Shown here one piece after another: positions 1-8,760 of a stretch of 64,000 nucleotides of DNA (its first letter is position 1; every line of letters starts with the position of its first letter). The DNA is taken from positions 23,241 through 87,240 of the forward strand of contig JBAYVF010000006.1 in the NCBI GenBank assembly GCA_041674705.1, written 5' to 3'. The position numbers and the translations under genes are program-made. Below the pieces are notes generated by a model. The model was not told the origin of the DNA and did no database searches. It worked only from the letters and a program-made list of their open reading frames with translations. The DNA is from Candidatus Omnitrophota bacterium (GTDB lineage: Bacteria; Omnitrophota; Omnitrophia; Omnitrophales; Aquincolibacteriaceae).

Positions 1-441
1 AAAAACACCGACACTGCAATTTTTAATAAAATTCTCGGCGCGCGCCTTGGTGTAACTGATCGCGACAGAGCCGAGGATGATGCCGAGCGTGACGAAGAAC
101 CAGAAAACCTCACCATTCCGGACGTAATAAGTTGCCAGCCCCGCGAACACGAAAAAATCCGAGTAGCGATCCACGACCGAGTCCAGGAAAGCACCAAAGG
201 GACTTGTCTTGCCGGTCGTGCGCGCCAGAAGACCGTCAAGAAGATCGGCGGCTCCGGCAACGAAAAGGAATACCCCGCCGAGGAAAAGATATCCCTTCGC
301 GTAGATGACGCCGGTCAGGAGGCTTAAGGCCGCTCCTCCGAGCGTCAGTTGCATCGGAGAAATACCCTGCGCCTTCAGGAAAGAGACGATGGCGTTGGCG
401 ATCGGCTCGACTTTAGGATACAGCGTTTCGCGTAGCGACAT
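1..441 (-). CDS. CDP-alcohol phosphatidyltransferase family protein (first 147 codons; 3' end beyond window edge)
   Basis: Not in ORF track because no stop lies in the window. Reverse translation from ATG at 441 gives MSLRETLYPKVEPIANAIVSFLKAQGISPMQLTLGG...AGAADLLDGLLARTTGKTSPFGAFLDSVVDRYSD. This matches DG-x2-AR-x8-G-x3-D-x3-D exactly. It starts 3 nt after the ino1 stop. Confidence 0.8.
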   Translation of the reverse strand, partial: MSLRETLYPKVEPIANAIVSFLKAQGISPMQLTLGGAALSLLTGVIYAKGYLFLGGVFLFVAGAADLLDGLLARTTGKTSPFGAFLDSVVDRYSDFFVFAGLATYYVRNGEVFWFFVTLGIILGSVAISYTKARAENFIKNCSVGVF

Positions 442-443
442 AA

Positions 444-1559
444 CTACCGGGGGCAAGTGCCCTGGATGAACTTGCGAACCAGTTCCTTGGCTTCGTAGTC
501 CACGATCTGTTTGGGCGGATGCTTCATGGTGTAGGCCGACATGGAGATGAGCGGTCCACCGATCTTGCGGTCCCGGGCGATCTTGCAAGCCCGGATCGCG
601 TCGATGGAACAACCGGCGCTATTGGGCGAGTCTTCGACCGAAAGACGCATTTCAGCGGTGACAGGGAAGCCGCCGAATCCACGGCCTTCAATGCGAAGGT
701 AGCAAACCTTGTTGTCATTCTGCCAGGGAACATAATCCGAAGGACCGATGTGGATATTGTCCTCATCGAGCGGAATATCAAGCTGGCTCTGGACCGCCGA
801 GGTTTTGGAGATCTTCTTCGATTCCAGACGTAAGCGATTGAGCATGTTCAGGAAGTCCGTGTTGCCGCCGGTGTTCAGCTGGTAGGTGCGGTCGATCTTG
901 CAACCGCGGTCCATGAAAAGCTTGGCCAGCGTGCGGTGCGTGACAGTGGCGCCGATCTGGGCCTTGATGTCGTCACCGACACAAGGAATACGCTTGGCTT
1001 CAAAGCGTTTCGCCCAGGCAGGGTTAGAGACGATGAAGACCGGCATGCAGTTGATAAGGCTGATGCCTGTTTTCAGGCACGCCTCGGCATAAAACTCGGT
1101 GGCTTTTTGAGAGCCGACAGGGAGGTAGTTCAGGAGAATCTCCGCGCCACTTTCTCTCAGGACCTTTTCCACATTACAGGATTTCTTATCGGAAGGGAGG
1201 AAGGTGCGGTCTTCTTTATAGCTGGCCATATGCTCGGAAACCCCGTCCAGGATATTGCCCATTTCGACCTTGATCTTGCTTTTGGAGACCGAGCCGATGG
1301 ACCAAACGCAGTTGGGTTTTGCGGCAAGCGCCACATCCAGGCGTTCACCCACCTTACGCTTGTCGATGTCAAAAGCAGCCACAACCTCGATATCCTGGGG
1401 GAAATAGCCGCCCATGTCGTAATTCATAAGACCGAGGTGCTCGACAGGCTTGTTTTTGACAGGTTTTTGGCCGGCGAGAGCGCGGTAGTGCTCAATACCC
1501 TGTACGAGCGACGCGGCGCAATTTCCGACACCTACAATAGCGATCTTGATCTTCCCCAT
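444..1559 (-). CDS. ino1: myo-inositol-1-phosphate synthase
   Basis: MGKIKIAIVGVGNCAASLVQGIEHYR is the Rossmann N-terminus typical of bacterial/archaeal MIPS. ATG at 1559 is preceded by GGGAGGAAA. The longer track start at 1616 lacks an SD. Confidence 0.85.
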   Translation of the reverse strand: MGKIKIAIVGVGNCAASLVQGIEHYRALAGQKPVKNKPVEHLGLMNYDMGGYFPQDIEVVAAFDIDKRKVGERLDVALAAKPNCVWSIGSVSKSKIKVEMGNILDGVSEHMASYKEDRTFLPSDKKSCNVEKVLRESGAEILLNYLPVGSQKATEFYAEACLKTGISLINCMPVFIVSNPAWAKRFEAKRIPCVGDDIKAQIGATVTHRTLAKLFMDRGCKIDRTYQLNTGGNTDFLNMLNRLRLESKKISKTSAVQSQLDIPLDEDNIHIGPSDYVPWQNDNKVCYLRIEGRGFGGFPVTAEMRLSVEDSPNSAGCSIDAIRACKIARDRKIGGPLISMSAYTMKHPPKQIVDYEAKELVRKFIQGTCPR

Positions 1560-1741
1560 GGATTTCCTCCCGGTTGATTTATATGAAGACGATGGGATTT
1601 CCAGTCGATGGCGCAATATGATAGCAGTAAGGGTTCGAAAATCAAGCGAAACAAGGCGTTTCTAAGCGTTTTAGGGAACGAAAGTTACAGGAGATACGTC
1701 CGATAACCCTATTCGATAGCTCTTTTCCTATCTTTCTTTTC

Positions 1742-1750
1742 TGTTAGAAT
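1742..1750 (+). promoter_or_regulatory. candidate extended -10 promoter element (TGtTAGAAT)
   Basis: TG-n-TAGAAT lies 57 nt upstream of the 1807 start. No good -35 is visible. Confidence 0.3.
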
Positions 1751-1806
1751 GCTCTCGACTCACGGGATGAAAACCACAATATTTCTTAAAACGAAGGAGT
1801 TACCAG

Positions 1807-2127
1807 ATGGCCTCTTATGAGGATTTTCAGAAATTAGACATTAAAGTCGCTGAGATCGAGACTGTCACCCCGCACCCGAACGCGGATCGCCTCTATGTGC
1901 TGGGCATTAAGATCGGCGAGATTCGCAAGCAGATCGTGGCCGGCATTCGGGCCCATTACACGGAAGAGCAGCTGAAAGGGAAGAAAATCGTCGTGATCGA
2001 TAATCTGGATCCTGCCGTGATCCGCGGCGTAGAATCCCAAGGGATGCTTCTCGCGGCTTCCAACGAGACCCTTCTGACGCTCATCACGCCTGAGCGTCCC
2101 ATTTCAGATGGCGCCAAAGTAAAATAA
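1807..2127 (+). CDS. tRNA-binding domain protein (Trbp111/CsaA-like)
   Basis: 106-aa OB-fold pattern: KLDIKVAEI..V..HPNADRLYVL.I..G...QIVAGI...Y..E.L.GKKIVV..NL.P..IRGVESQGMLLAA. GGAG SD upstream. Confidence 0.75.
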   Translation: MASYEDFQKLDIKVAEIETVTPHPNADRLYVLGIKIGEIRKQIVAGIRAHYTEEQLKGKKIVVIDNLDPAVIRGVESQGMLLAASNETLLTLITPERPISDGAKVK

Positions 2128-2134
2128 ATAAAAT

Positions 2135-2216
2135 CGGGGAACGGCGAACGGGGAACGATGGACGCTTACGTTCCCCGCGGAACGTTTCCCGACATATTCT
2201 TGTAAAAGAATATGTC
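2135..2216 (+). terminator. two consecutive hairpins after the tRNA-binding protein gene
   Basis: cggggaacggcgaacggggaacg / cgttccccgcggaacgtttcccg (GAACGG word repeats), then gacatattctt-gtaa-aagaatatgtc. Confidence 0.45.
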
Positions 2217-2237
2217 ATGTGTTAATATTCCGTCCCT

Positions 2238-3572
2238 ATGAACAACCCGCGCGGTTCCCGCACTTCAACAAAGCATCTTGATTTCCAGCCTTTCAAGGCT
2301 TGGCGCTATGACGCCAAGAGCGTTAAAATTTCTTCGGTCCTGGCGCCGCCTTATGATGTGATCTCTCCGGAAAAGCAAAAAAAGCTTTATGAAAATTCGC
2401 CGTTTAACTGCATTCGTCTTATCCTGAATAAAAAAGATCCCGCCGATACGGACCAGAGCAATTCCTACACACGAGCTCGCGATACCTTTCAGGATTGGCA
2501 GAAAAAAGGCGTCCTCATTCAGGAAAAAGAACCCTGCTACTATGTGTACCGGCAGACTTTCAAGGATCCCGTAACTCAAGCCACCAAAAACCGGTTCGCG
2601 CTCTTGGGTCGCGTCCGGCTTGAGCCGTTCGAAAAAGGCATTATCGTTCCTCATGAGAAGACGCTCCGCGGCCCCAAAGAAGATCGCATGCGGCTTCTGC
2701 GGACCGTACAGACCAATTTTTCTCCCGCGTTCGGTCTTTACAAAGATAAAGGATTCGAGGTCCGGAGCATGATCCAGGACCCGATGAATTCCAGCCCTAT
2801 CTTTGAGGCCGAGGACGACGACAAGATTGTGCACACGCTTTGGGCGATCGAGGATCCTGACATTATCGCCAAACTCCATAAGGCGCTGCAGTCCAAGAAA
2901 GTTTATATCGCGGACGGGCATCACCGTTATGAAACTGCGCTGGAATATGCCCGGCTGCAGAGGGAAGAGAAGCATTCGGCAGATATGGTGCTTTTCCCAT
3001 TCGATTATATGTATATGGCGCTCGTGAGCTTTGATGATCCGGGGTTCATTGTTCTTCCCACGCACCGGATTCTGACGAAGCTTGGCATGGACGGCGGCGA
3101 AGCCCTTCGCCGGCTGGGAGAATATTTTAAAATCGAAAAAGTTTCGCTCGAAAAATTAAAAGAGATGACGGCTTCTTATGATCAGGAAGGAAAGATCTTC
3201 GGAATGGTTCTCAGCGAAGGATGTTTCCTTCTCACCATGGTCGACAAGGAAAAAGCGAAAGCGCGGATGGTCCAGGGCAAGCCCGACGTTTGGTACGATC
3301 TGAACGTGAACGTGCTGGCGCATCTGATCTTTGTCGAACTCCTCGGACTTACAGAAGATCGATGGGAAGCGGTCTTGAAATTCGAGCACACAGTTGACGG
3401 GGCCGTGGCGCCCCTGCAAAAAGGCGAGGCTGAAGCGGTTTTTCTTTTGCAGCCGCCCAAGGTCGAAATGCTCGAGAAGATGGGCGCCGTCAACGAGCGC
3501 ATGCCCCAAAAATCCACCTATTTCTATCCCAAGCTCGCGACCGGGCTTGTTTTTTATTCACATAAAGAATAA
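2238..3572 (+). CDS. DUF1015 family protein
   Basis: 444 aa. Contains VYIADGHHRYETAL and FKAWRY..., as I recall for DUF1015. Function unknown. Confidence 0.65.
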   Translation: MNNPRGSRTSTKHLDFQPFKAWRYDAKSVKISSVLAPPYDVISPEKQKKLYENSPFNCIRLILNKKDPADTDQSNSYTRARDTFQDWQKKGVLIQEKEPCYYVYRQTFKDPVTQATKNRFALLGRVRLEPFEKGIIVPHEKTLRGPKEDRMRLLRTVQTNFSPAFGLYKDKGFEVRSMIQDPMNSSPIFEAEDDDKIVHTLWAIEDPDIIAKLHKALQSKKVYIADGHHRYETALEYARLQREEKHSADMVLFPFDYMYMALVSFDDPGFIVLPTHRILTKLGMDGGEALRRLGEYFKIEKVSLEKLKEMTASYDQEGKIFGMVLSEGCFLLTMVDKEKAKARMVQGKPDVWYDLNVNVLAHLIFVELLGLTEDRWEAVLKFEHTVDGAVAPLQKGEAEAVFLLQPPKVEMLEKMGAVNERMPQKSTYFYPKLATGLVFYSHKE

Positions 3573-3614
3573 TTTCAAGATCCGCGAAGTCCTCACTCGT
3601 TTTTCGGGTGCCTT

Positions 3615-4973
3615 ATGCCGCTGGTGATCGAAACCTTCCGCTCTTCAAAAACTCCCTGGGAGGTTTTTCAAGCAGTTCACGCAAGCTCCAAAACTTGCTT
3701 CTTTCTGGACAGCCCTCACCACGCCCCGCCCGATCAAGTCTATTCCTATATAGGCATGAATCCGGCCGTTGAGATCCGTCTGGAAGAAAAGGCCCTCTCT
3801 ATAGAAGGCGAACTGAACGGAAAATATCCCGCCCGCGAATTTTTCCCTGTTCTCAAAAAAGCCTTCAGGAAATATCAAACCCGTGGCCCGAACGCTTATC
3901 CGTTCTTTACAGGAGGATTCGTCGGCTATTTGGGATACGAAGCCGCAGATCTTTGCGACAAAATAAAATTCCGGGCAAAGCCGGGTCCGGACGTCCCCCG
4001 AGGCTATTGGGGTCTTTTCCGGGACGTGATCGTTTATGATCATCAAAAGTGCGTTTATTATCTCGCGGCCCATGATCGGGGAGCGGAAAAATTAAAAATT
4101 TATTTTGAAAAAGCCGCTCCGAACACAAAACAGCGTTTTAAGATGAATCGGTTGACGGCGGAAATGATGAAAGGGCAGTTCAAGGGGATGGTTAAAAAAG
4201 CCAAGGCATATATCGTGGCCGGGGATATTTATCAGGCGAATCTTTCGCAGCGTTTTTCATTCGGATACGAAGGCTCTTCTCTGGAACTTTACGGCAAGCT
4301 TCGCGCGATCAATCCGTCGCCTTTTTCCTGTTTTTTGAAAGCAGGAGATCTTGAGATCGTGAGTTCATCCCCCGAGCGGCTGGTCCGGAAGAAGGGCCGC
4401 CTGTGTGAGACGCGGCCGATCGCGGGAACGTGTCCCGCCCGTGGCGCCTCGAGGCGGGTCGCTGAGTGGCGAAAAAAACTTCTTCAAAATGAAAAAGAAA
4501 AATCCGAACATCTGATGCTCGTGGATCTTGAGCGGAACGATCTCGGCCGCGTCTGCGATTACCGCTCCGTGAAGGTTCGGGAGTTTATGACGCTTGAAAA
4601 ATATTCCCACGTGGTGCACATCGTTTCCAGGATCACGGGGAAGCTTAAAAAAAACAAGGACGCGCTCGACGTGATCCGGGCCATGTTTCCTGGCGGGACG
4701 ATCACGGGGTGCCCCAAGATCCGTTGCATGCAGATCATCGATGAGCTTGAGCCCGTGCAACGCGGCATCTATACCGGATCTTTGGGCTATATCGATTTTC
4801 ATGGGGATATGGATCTGAACATCGTGATACGGACCCTTCTTTTGAAAAACGGAAAAGGGCATCTTCAGGTGGGCGCGGGCATTGTGTACGATTCGGATCC
4901 GGAAAAGGAATATGAAGAGACACTTCATAAAGCAGCGGCGTTAGTGAAGGCATTAAAAGAAGCATCCATATGA
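3615..4973 (+). CDS. pabB: aminodeoxychorismate/anthranilate synthase component I (chorismate-binding enzyme)
   Basis: C-terminal chorismate-binding blocks: SSPERLV, EHLMLVDLERNDLGRV, FPGGTITGCPKIRCMQIIDELE, RGIYTGSLGY. The pabB call over trpE rests on the adjacent class-IV aminotransferase and the folate context. Confidence 0.7.
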   Translation: MPLVIETFRSSKTPWEVFQAVHASSKTCFFLDSPHHAPPDQVYSYIGMNPAVEIRLEEKALSIEGELNGKYPAREFFPVLKKAFRKYQTRGPNAYPFFTGGFVGYLGYEAADLCDKIKFRAKPGPDVPRGYWGLFRDVIVYDHQKCVYYLAAHDRGAEKLKIYFEKAAPNTKQRFKMNRLTAEMMKGQFKGMVKKAKAYIVAGDIYQANLSQRFSFGYEGSSLELYGKLRAINPSPFSCFLKAGDLEIVSSSPERLVRKKGRLCETRPIAGTCPARGASRRVAEWRKKLLQNEKEKSEHLMLVDLERNDLGRVCDYRSVKVREFMTLEKYSHVVHIVSRITGKLKKNKDALDVIRAMFPGGTITGCPKIRCMQIIDELEPVQRGIYTGSLGYIDFHGDMDLNIVIRTLLLKNGKGHLQVGAGIVYDSDPEKEYEETLHKAAALVKALKEASI

Positions 4974-5045
4974 CACCAAGACACAAGGACACAAAGTCAC
5001 CAAGTGAAAAACGGGTGACTTGGCAACCTGGTGGCAGGTGACTTG
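4974..5045. repeat. word-repeat palindromic element, GTCACCAAG family
   Basis: caccaagacacaaggacacaaagtcaccaagtg...ggtgacttggcaacctggtggcaggtgacttg. Core stem is aagtcacc/ggtgactt. It shares the 15-mer aggacacaaagtcac with the element at 54308-54376, in inverted orientation. Confidence 0.7.
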
Positions 5046-5048
5046 ACG

Positions 5049-5906
5049 ATGAACTACAAAATCTATCAAAATGGAAAAGAGGTTAGCGGGGAACTTTCGT
5101 TCGATCTCATGCGAACGGAAGCGGCCGGCATTTTTGAAAGCATGCGCGCCTACGATGGCCGGATCTTTCACGAGGAAGAGCATCTCTTTCGGCTTTTAGA
5201 ATCTGCAAAGACCGTGGGCTACCAACCCTTCCCTGACGCGGCGAAACTCCGTCTGGAAATAAGAATGGCGCTCAAGGCCTCCGGGCAGAAAGAGGGTTTT
5301 GTCCGTTTGACCCTATGGGAAGGAAAGACTTTTGTGGTCCTGGGAAGCCGGACGCATGCCAAAGAGCTCTACGAAAAGGGCGTGGTGCTTAAAACCGCTT
5401 CCTTTCCTCGTGGCGGACCGAACACCTTTCCCTGGCAAGCTAAGACCTCAGCGTATCAACAGGCCATTTTAGCCAGCACGGAGCCTCATCCCGACAACAT
5501 CTATGAGTGGGTATTCCTGGATCAAGGGGGTTTTCTCACCGAAACACGCACCGGAAATTTTTTTATCGTCCAATCCCTCAAAAACGGAAAAGCGACGCTG
5601 TTGACACCGCCTGAGCACGGAATCTTGAATGGAGTGACCCGTAGGTTTGTGATAAAATGCGCCCTCGAACTCGGGATACCGGTCCGAGAAGTTCCGATGA
5701 CCCGGCATGAATTTTTCAATGCGGATGAAGCTTTTCTTTGCAACACTTCCTGGGAGGTCCTGCCGGTCCGTGAACTCGATGGCCGCGCGATCGGCACGGG
5801 AAAACCCGGTCCCGTCACTTTAAAACTGCACCGTTTCTTTAAAAGGAGGGTTCAACAAGATGTCACGTCACACCGTTCGCCGCGCACTCATAAGCGTCTC
5901 CGATAA
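5049..5906 (+). CDS. pabC: class IV aminotransferase, probable aminodeoxychorismate lyase
   Basis: Fold-type IV pattern: EEHLFRL..S, GILNGVTR, with Glu/Arg blocks. ATG 5049 is preferred because the track start 5031 lies inside the upstream hairpin. The 3' end overlaps purH by 47 nt. Confidence 0.6.
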   Translation: MNYKIYQNGKEVSGELSFDLMRTEAAGIFESMRAYDGRIFHEEEHLFRLLESAKTVGYQPFPDAAKLRLEIRMALKASGQKEGFVRLTLWEGKTFVVLGSRTHAKELYEKGVVLKTASFPRGGPNTFPWQAKTSAYQQAILASTEPHPDNIYEWVFLDQGGFLTETRTGNFFIVQSLKNGKATLLTPPEHGILNGVTRRFVIKCALELGIPVREVPMTRHEFFNADEAFLCNTSWEVLPVRELDGRAIGTGKPGPVTLKLHRFFKRRVQQDVTSHRSPRTHKRLR

Positions 5907-7437
5907 AACCGGCCTTATTCCTTTCGCTAAAACACTGCGCAAGCACGGCGCGGAGATCCTCTCCACCGGCGGCACCTTGAAAGCCCTTAAAGAAGCCAAA
6001 GTTCCCGCGATGGCGGTCGAAGATTACACGGGATTTCCCGAAATGCTCGACGGGCGCGTGAAGACCCTTCACCCGAAGATCCACGGCGGCCTTCTTTTTC
6101 TTCGTCATAAGAAAAGCCATCAAAAGCAGGTCAAGGCGCATGGCATCAAGCCCATCGATCTTGTCGTCGTGAATCTCTATCCTTTTGAGGAAGCGACGAG
6201 CAAAGGGAACCTGAGCATGGATGACGCCAAGGAATTCATTGATATCGGCGGACCTTCGATGCTTCGTTCCGCGGCGAAGAACTATCAGTCGGTGACCGTC
6301 ATCACGGATGTCGCGGATTATGAGCGCGTCGCGAAAGAACTCGACGAACACAAAGGAAGCGTCACGGACGAAACCCGCTTCGCGCTTTCTCAGAAAGTTT
6401 TCGAAAAAACTTCCGCTTATGATGCGGTGATCAGTCAATTCATGGCCAAGCACAAGAAAAAGACGGGCGATGAACCCGCGCTGCCGTCGCAATTCGTTTT
6501 TCATTTTAAAAAAGCGCAGGATCTCCGGTATGGCGAGAACCCTCACCAGAAAGCCGCTTTTTATGTGCCGACCACACACAAGGCCTCGGCCTCCTGGACC
6601 CAGCTTCACGGCAAAGAGCTTTCCTTTAATAATCTTATGGATGTCGATGCGACGCTGGACGTCTTGGCGGAATTCAACGCGCCGGCAGCCTGTGTGATCA
6701 AACACAACAATCCGTGCGGGATCGCGCAAGACACGCAGGCCCTGGTGGCGGTCGACAAAGCGATCGATGGCGATATTCTTTCGGCGTTCGGCGGGATCGT
6801 GGGCGTGAATCGTTGCTGCGATCGCAAGATCGCGGAAAAAGTCCTCGAGAAGCTTGCCTTTTTTGAAGTCATGGTCGCGCCGTCCTTTAAACCGGGAGCC
6901 TTGAAACTTCTGAAGGCCCGGAAAAATCTCCGTCTGATCGAGGTTCATCAATTCCGCGACGAAAATCTCTACGATGTGAAGTTCCTTCGCACGGGAATCC
7001 TCGTACAGGAAAAAAACCGGCCCATCAAGGACCATATGGCAGAACTGAAGAAGAAATTGCACTTTGTCACGAAGGCCAAGCTTTCTGAAGCGGAGACCGA
7101 GGAGCTGATCTTTGCGTTCCAGTGTTCCAAGGTCGTGAAATCAAACGCGATTGTGCTGACCCAGGGCAAACACACGGTGGGGATCGGGGCGGGGCAGATG
7201 TCCCGCGTGGATTCTGTGCAGATCGCGATGCAGAAGGCCGGATACCTTACCGAAGGCGCGATGCTCGGCAGCGATGCCTTTTTCCCGATGCCGGACTCGA
7301 TCGAAGCGGCGGCCAAGCACAAGATCAAAGCCATCATCCAGCCCGGCGGGTCAATCCGCGATGCGGACGTGATCGCAGCTTGCGATCAGGCGGGTATTGC
7401 GATGGCTTTCACCGGCGAGCGGCATTTTAAACATTAA
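5860..7437 (+). CDS. purH: bifunctional AICAR transformylase / IMP cyclohydrolase
   Basis: RALISVSDKTGLIPFAK (MGS-like N-terminus), YGENPHQKAAFY, QPGGSIRD, FTGERHFKH C-terminus. Confidence 0.95.
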   Translation: MSRHTVRRALISVSDKTGLIPFAKTLRKHGAEILSTGGTLKALKEAKVPAMAVEDYTGFPEMLDGRVKTLHPKIHGGLLFLRHKKSHQKQVKAHGIKPIDLVVVNLYPFEEATSKGNLSMDDAKEFIDIGGPSMLRSAAKNYQSVTVITDVADYERVAKELDEHKGSVTDETRFALSQKVFEKTSAYDAVISQFMAKHKKKTGDEPALPSQFVFHFKKAQDLRYGENPHQKAAFYVPTTHKASASWTQLHGKELSFNNLMDVDATLDVLAEFNAPAACVIKHNNPCGIAQDTQALVAVDKAIDGDILSAFGGIVGVNRCCDRKIAEKVLEKLAFFEVMVAPSFKPGALKLLKARKNLRLIEVHQFRDENLYDVKFLRTGILVQEKNRPIKDHMAELKKKLHFVTKAKLSEAETEELIFAFQCSKVVKSNAIVLTQGKHTVGIGAGQMSRVDSVQIAMQKAGYLTEGAMLGSDAFFPMPDSIEAAAKHKIKAIIQPGGSIRDADVIAACDQAGIAMAFTGERHFKH

Positions 7438-7438
7438 C

Positions 7439-7497
7439 GTGAGTACGGCGTACGGTGTACGGCGTCCCGCGTTTTTTTCTCCGTACGCCGTACGCCT
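7439..7497. repeat. word-repeat palindromic element, GTACGGCG family (terminator position after purH)
   Basis: gtgagtacggcgtacggtgtacggcg - tcccgcgtttttttct - ccgtacgccgtacgcc. Confidence 0.7.
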
Positions 7498-7509
7498 TAT
7501 GCCGTGTTT

Positions 7510-8760
7510 ATGAACTACTCCCAATCCCTTCGTTATTTAAACGCTTTCATCGATCTCGAAAAACTCGCCCAACTGCCCAAGAACCCTTTTTTCAATCTTG
7601 AACGGATGGAGCATTTGCTCAAAGCAGCGGGCCATCCGGAAAAGAATTTTTCCCCCATTCTGATCGCAGGCACTACAGGAAAAGGTTCGACCGGTTTTTT
7701 CCTCGAATCGATCCTTAAGGCCAATCGCATCCGCACGGGCTATTATCACTCACCGCATGTCGAAGATCCGCGCGAGCGAATACGCATTCAGGGAACCATG
7801 GCATCTCCCAGGCTGTGGGCCGAAGGGCTTTCCGAGATCCAGAAACTTCTCCGCAAAAACCCTCTTCCGAAAGCCTGCGGCGTTCTGACCTATTTCGAGA
7901 TCCTGACGTTTCTTGCCACTTGGATTTTTGCGAAAGCGGGTGTCAAGATCGGCATTTTCGAAATCGGGCTCGGAGGCCGGCTTGATGCAACCAATATCCT
8001 CAAAGCGCCGCTGGTGATCCTCACGCCCATTCATCTTGATCATGAAGCGTTCCTGGGCAACACGATTTCAAAGATCGCCGCTGAAAAAGCCGCGATCATC
8101 AAACCACGGAACCGCGTCGTGGTTGGGAAACAATGCCCGGAAGCGCTCCGGGTGATCCTTGGAGCCGTGAAACAAAAAAAAGGAATTTTATGGAAGGCAA
8201 AGCCGGCGACGGGTATTCCGCTCGGGCTCGCCGGGGATTTTCAAAAAATGAATGCCGGCGTCGCGTTGAAAGCCGCCGAGATCTTGCGGAAGGATTTTAA
8301 TTTGTTAATAACGCCTGAGCGATCAGGAAAAGGATTGCTGGCGAAGCACTGGAAAGGCCGGATGGAAACTTTCCTTCAAGGCGGACGCCGGTTTATCTTG
8401 GATGGCGCGCACAATCCGATTTCGATGAAAGAATTGGTTCGATCCCTCGAAATGCAGCGAGTCCGAAACCCCTGGCTTGTCTTCGGAGCAATGAATGATA
8501 AGAATAGTCGTGAGATGCTCCGGAGTCTGAGCCGGTTTTTTTCGAAGGTGGTCCTGACCGGTATCGCGGGAAATCGCGCCAAGCCTGTCGCGATGCTCGT
8601 CTCTGAGGCGAAAGGACTTTTCAAATGCGTTCTCACGGCTCAGAATGTCGAAGAGGCGTTGGATCTTGCGAGAAAAGGAACAAATCCCGGCGCCACCGCC
8701 GTTGTCACGGGATCTTTTTATCTGGTGGGTGAGGCGCGAAGGATCTTAAACCATGTCTAA
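7510..8760 (+). CDS. folC: folylpolyglutamate synthase / dihydrofolate synthase
   Basis: Mur-ligase P-loop IAGTTGKGST, LDGAHNP, and HLDHEAFLG. Confidence 0.85.
   Translation: MNYSQSLRYLNAFIDLEKLAQLPKNPFFNLERMEHLLKAAGHPEKNFSPILIAGTTGKGSTGFFLESILKANRIRTGYYHSPHVEDPRERIRIQGTMASPRLWAEGLSEIQKLLRKNPLPKACGVLTYFEILTFLATWIFAKAGVKIGIFEIGLGGRLDATNILKAPLVILTPIHLDHEAFLGNTISKIAAEKAAIIKPRNRVVVGKQCPEALRVILGAVKQKKGILWKAKPATGIPLGLAGDFQKMNAGVALKAAEILRKDFNLLITPERSGKGLLAKHWKGRMETFLQGGRRFILDGAHNPISMKELVRSLEMQRVRNPWLVFGAMNDKNSREMLRSLSRFFSKVVLTGIAGNRAKPVAMLVSEAKGLFKCVLTAQNVEEALDLARKGTNPGATAVVTGSFYLVGEARRILNHV

Noticed and set aside
5863-7062. 399-aa ORF antisense to purH
   Set aside because: It lies entirely within the strongly conserved purH on the opposite strand. 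Its composition is Arg/Phe/Leu-rich and low in information, as expected of antisense frames. It has no SD and no recognisable motif.
7439-7497. Tandem short repeats as a possible CRISPR array (also at 13762, 27485 and 54308)
   Set aside because: The repeat units are 6-8 nt words without spacers. They are arranged as inverted arms of a hairpin, not as 25-40-nt repeats alternating with unique spacers. No cas genes are present.
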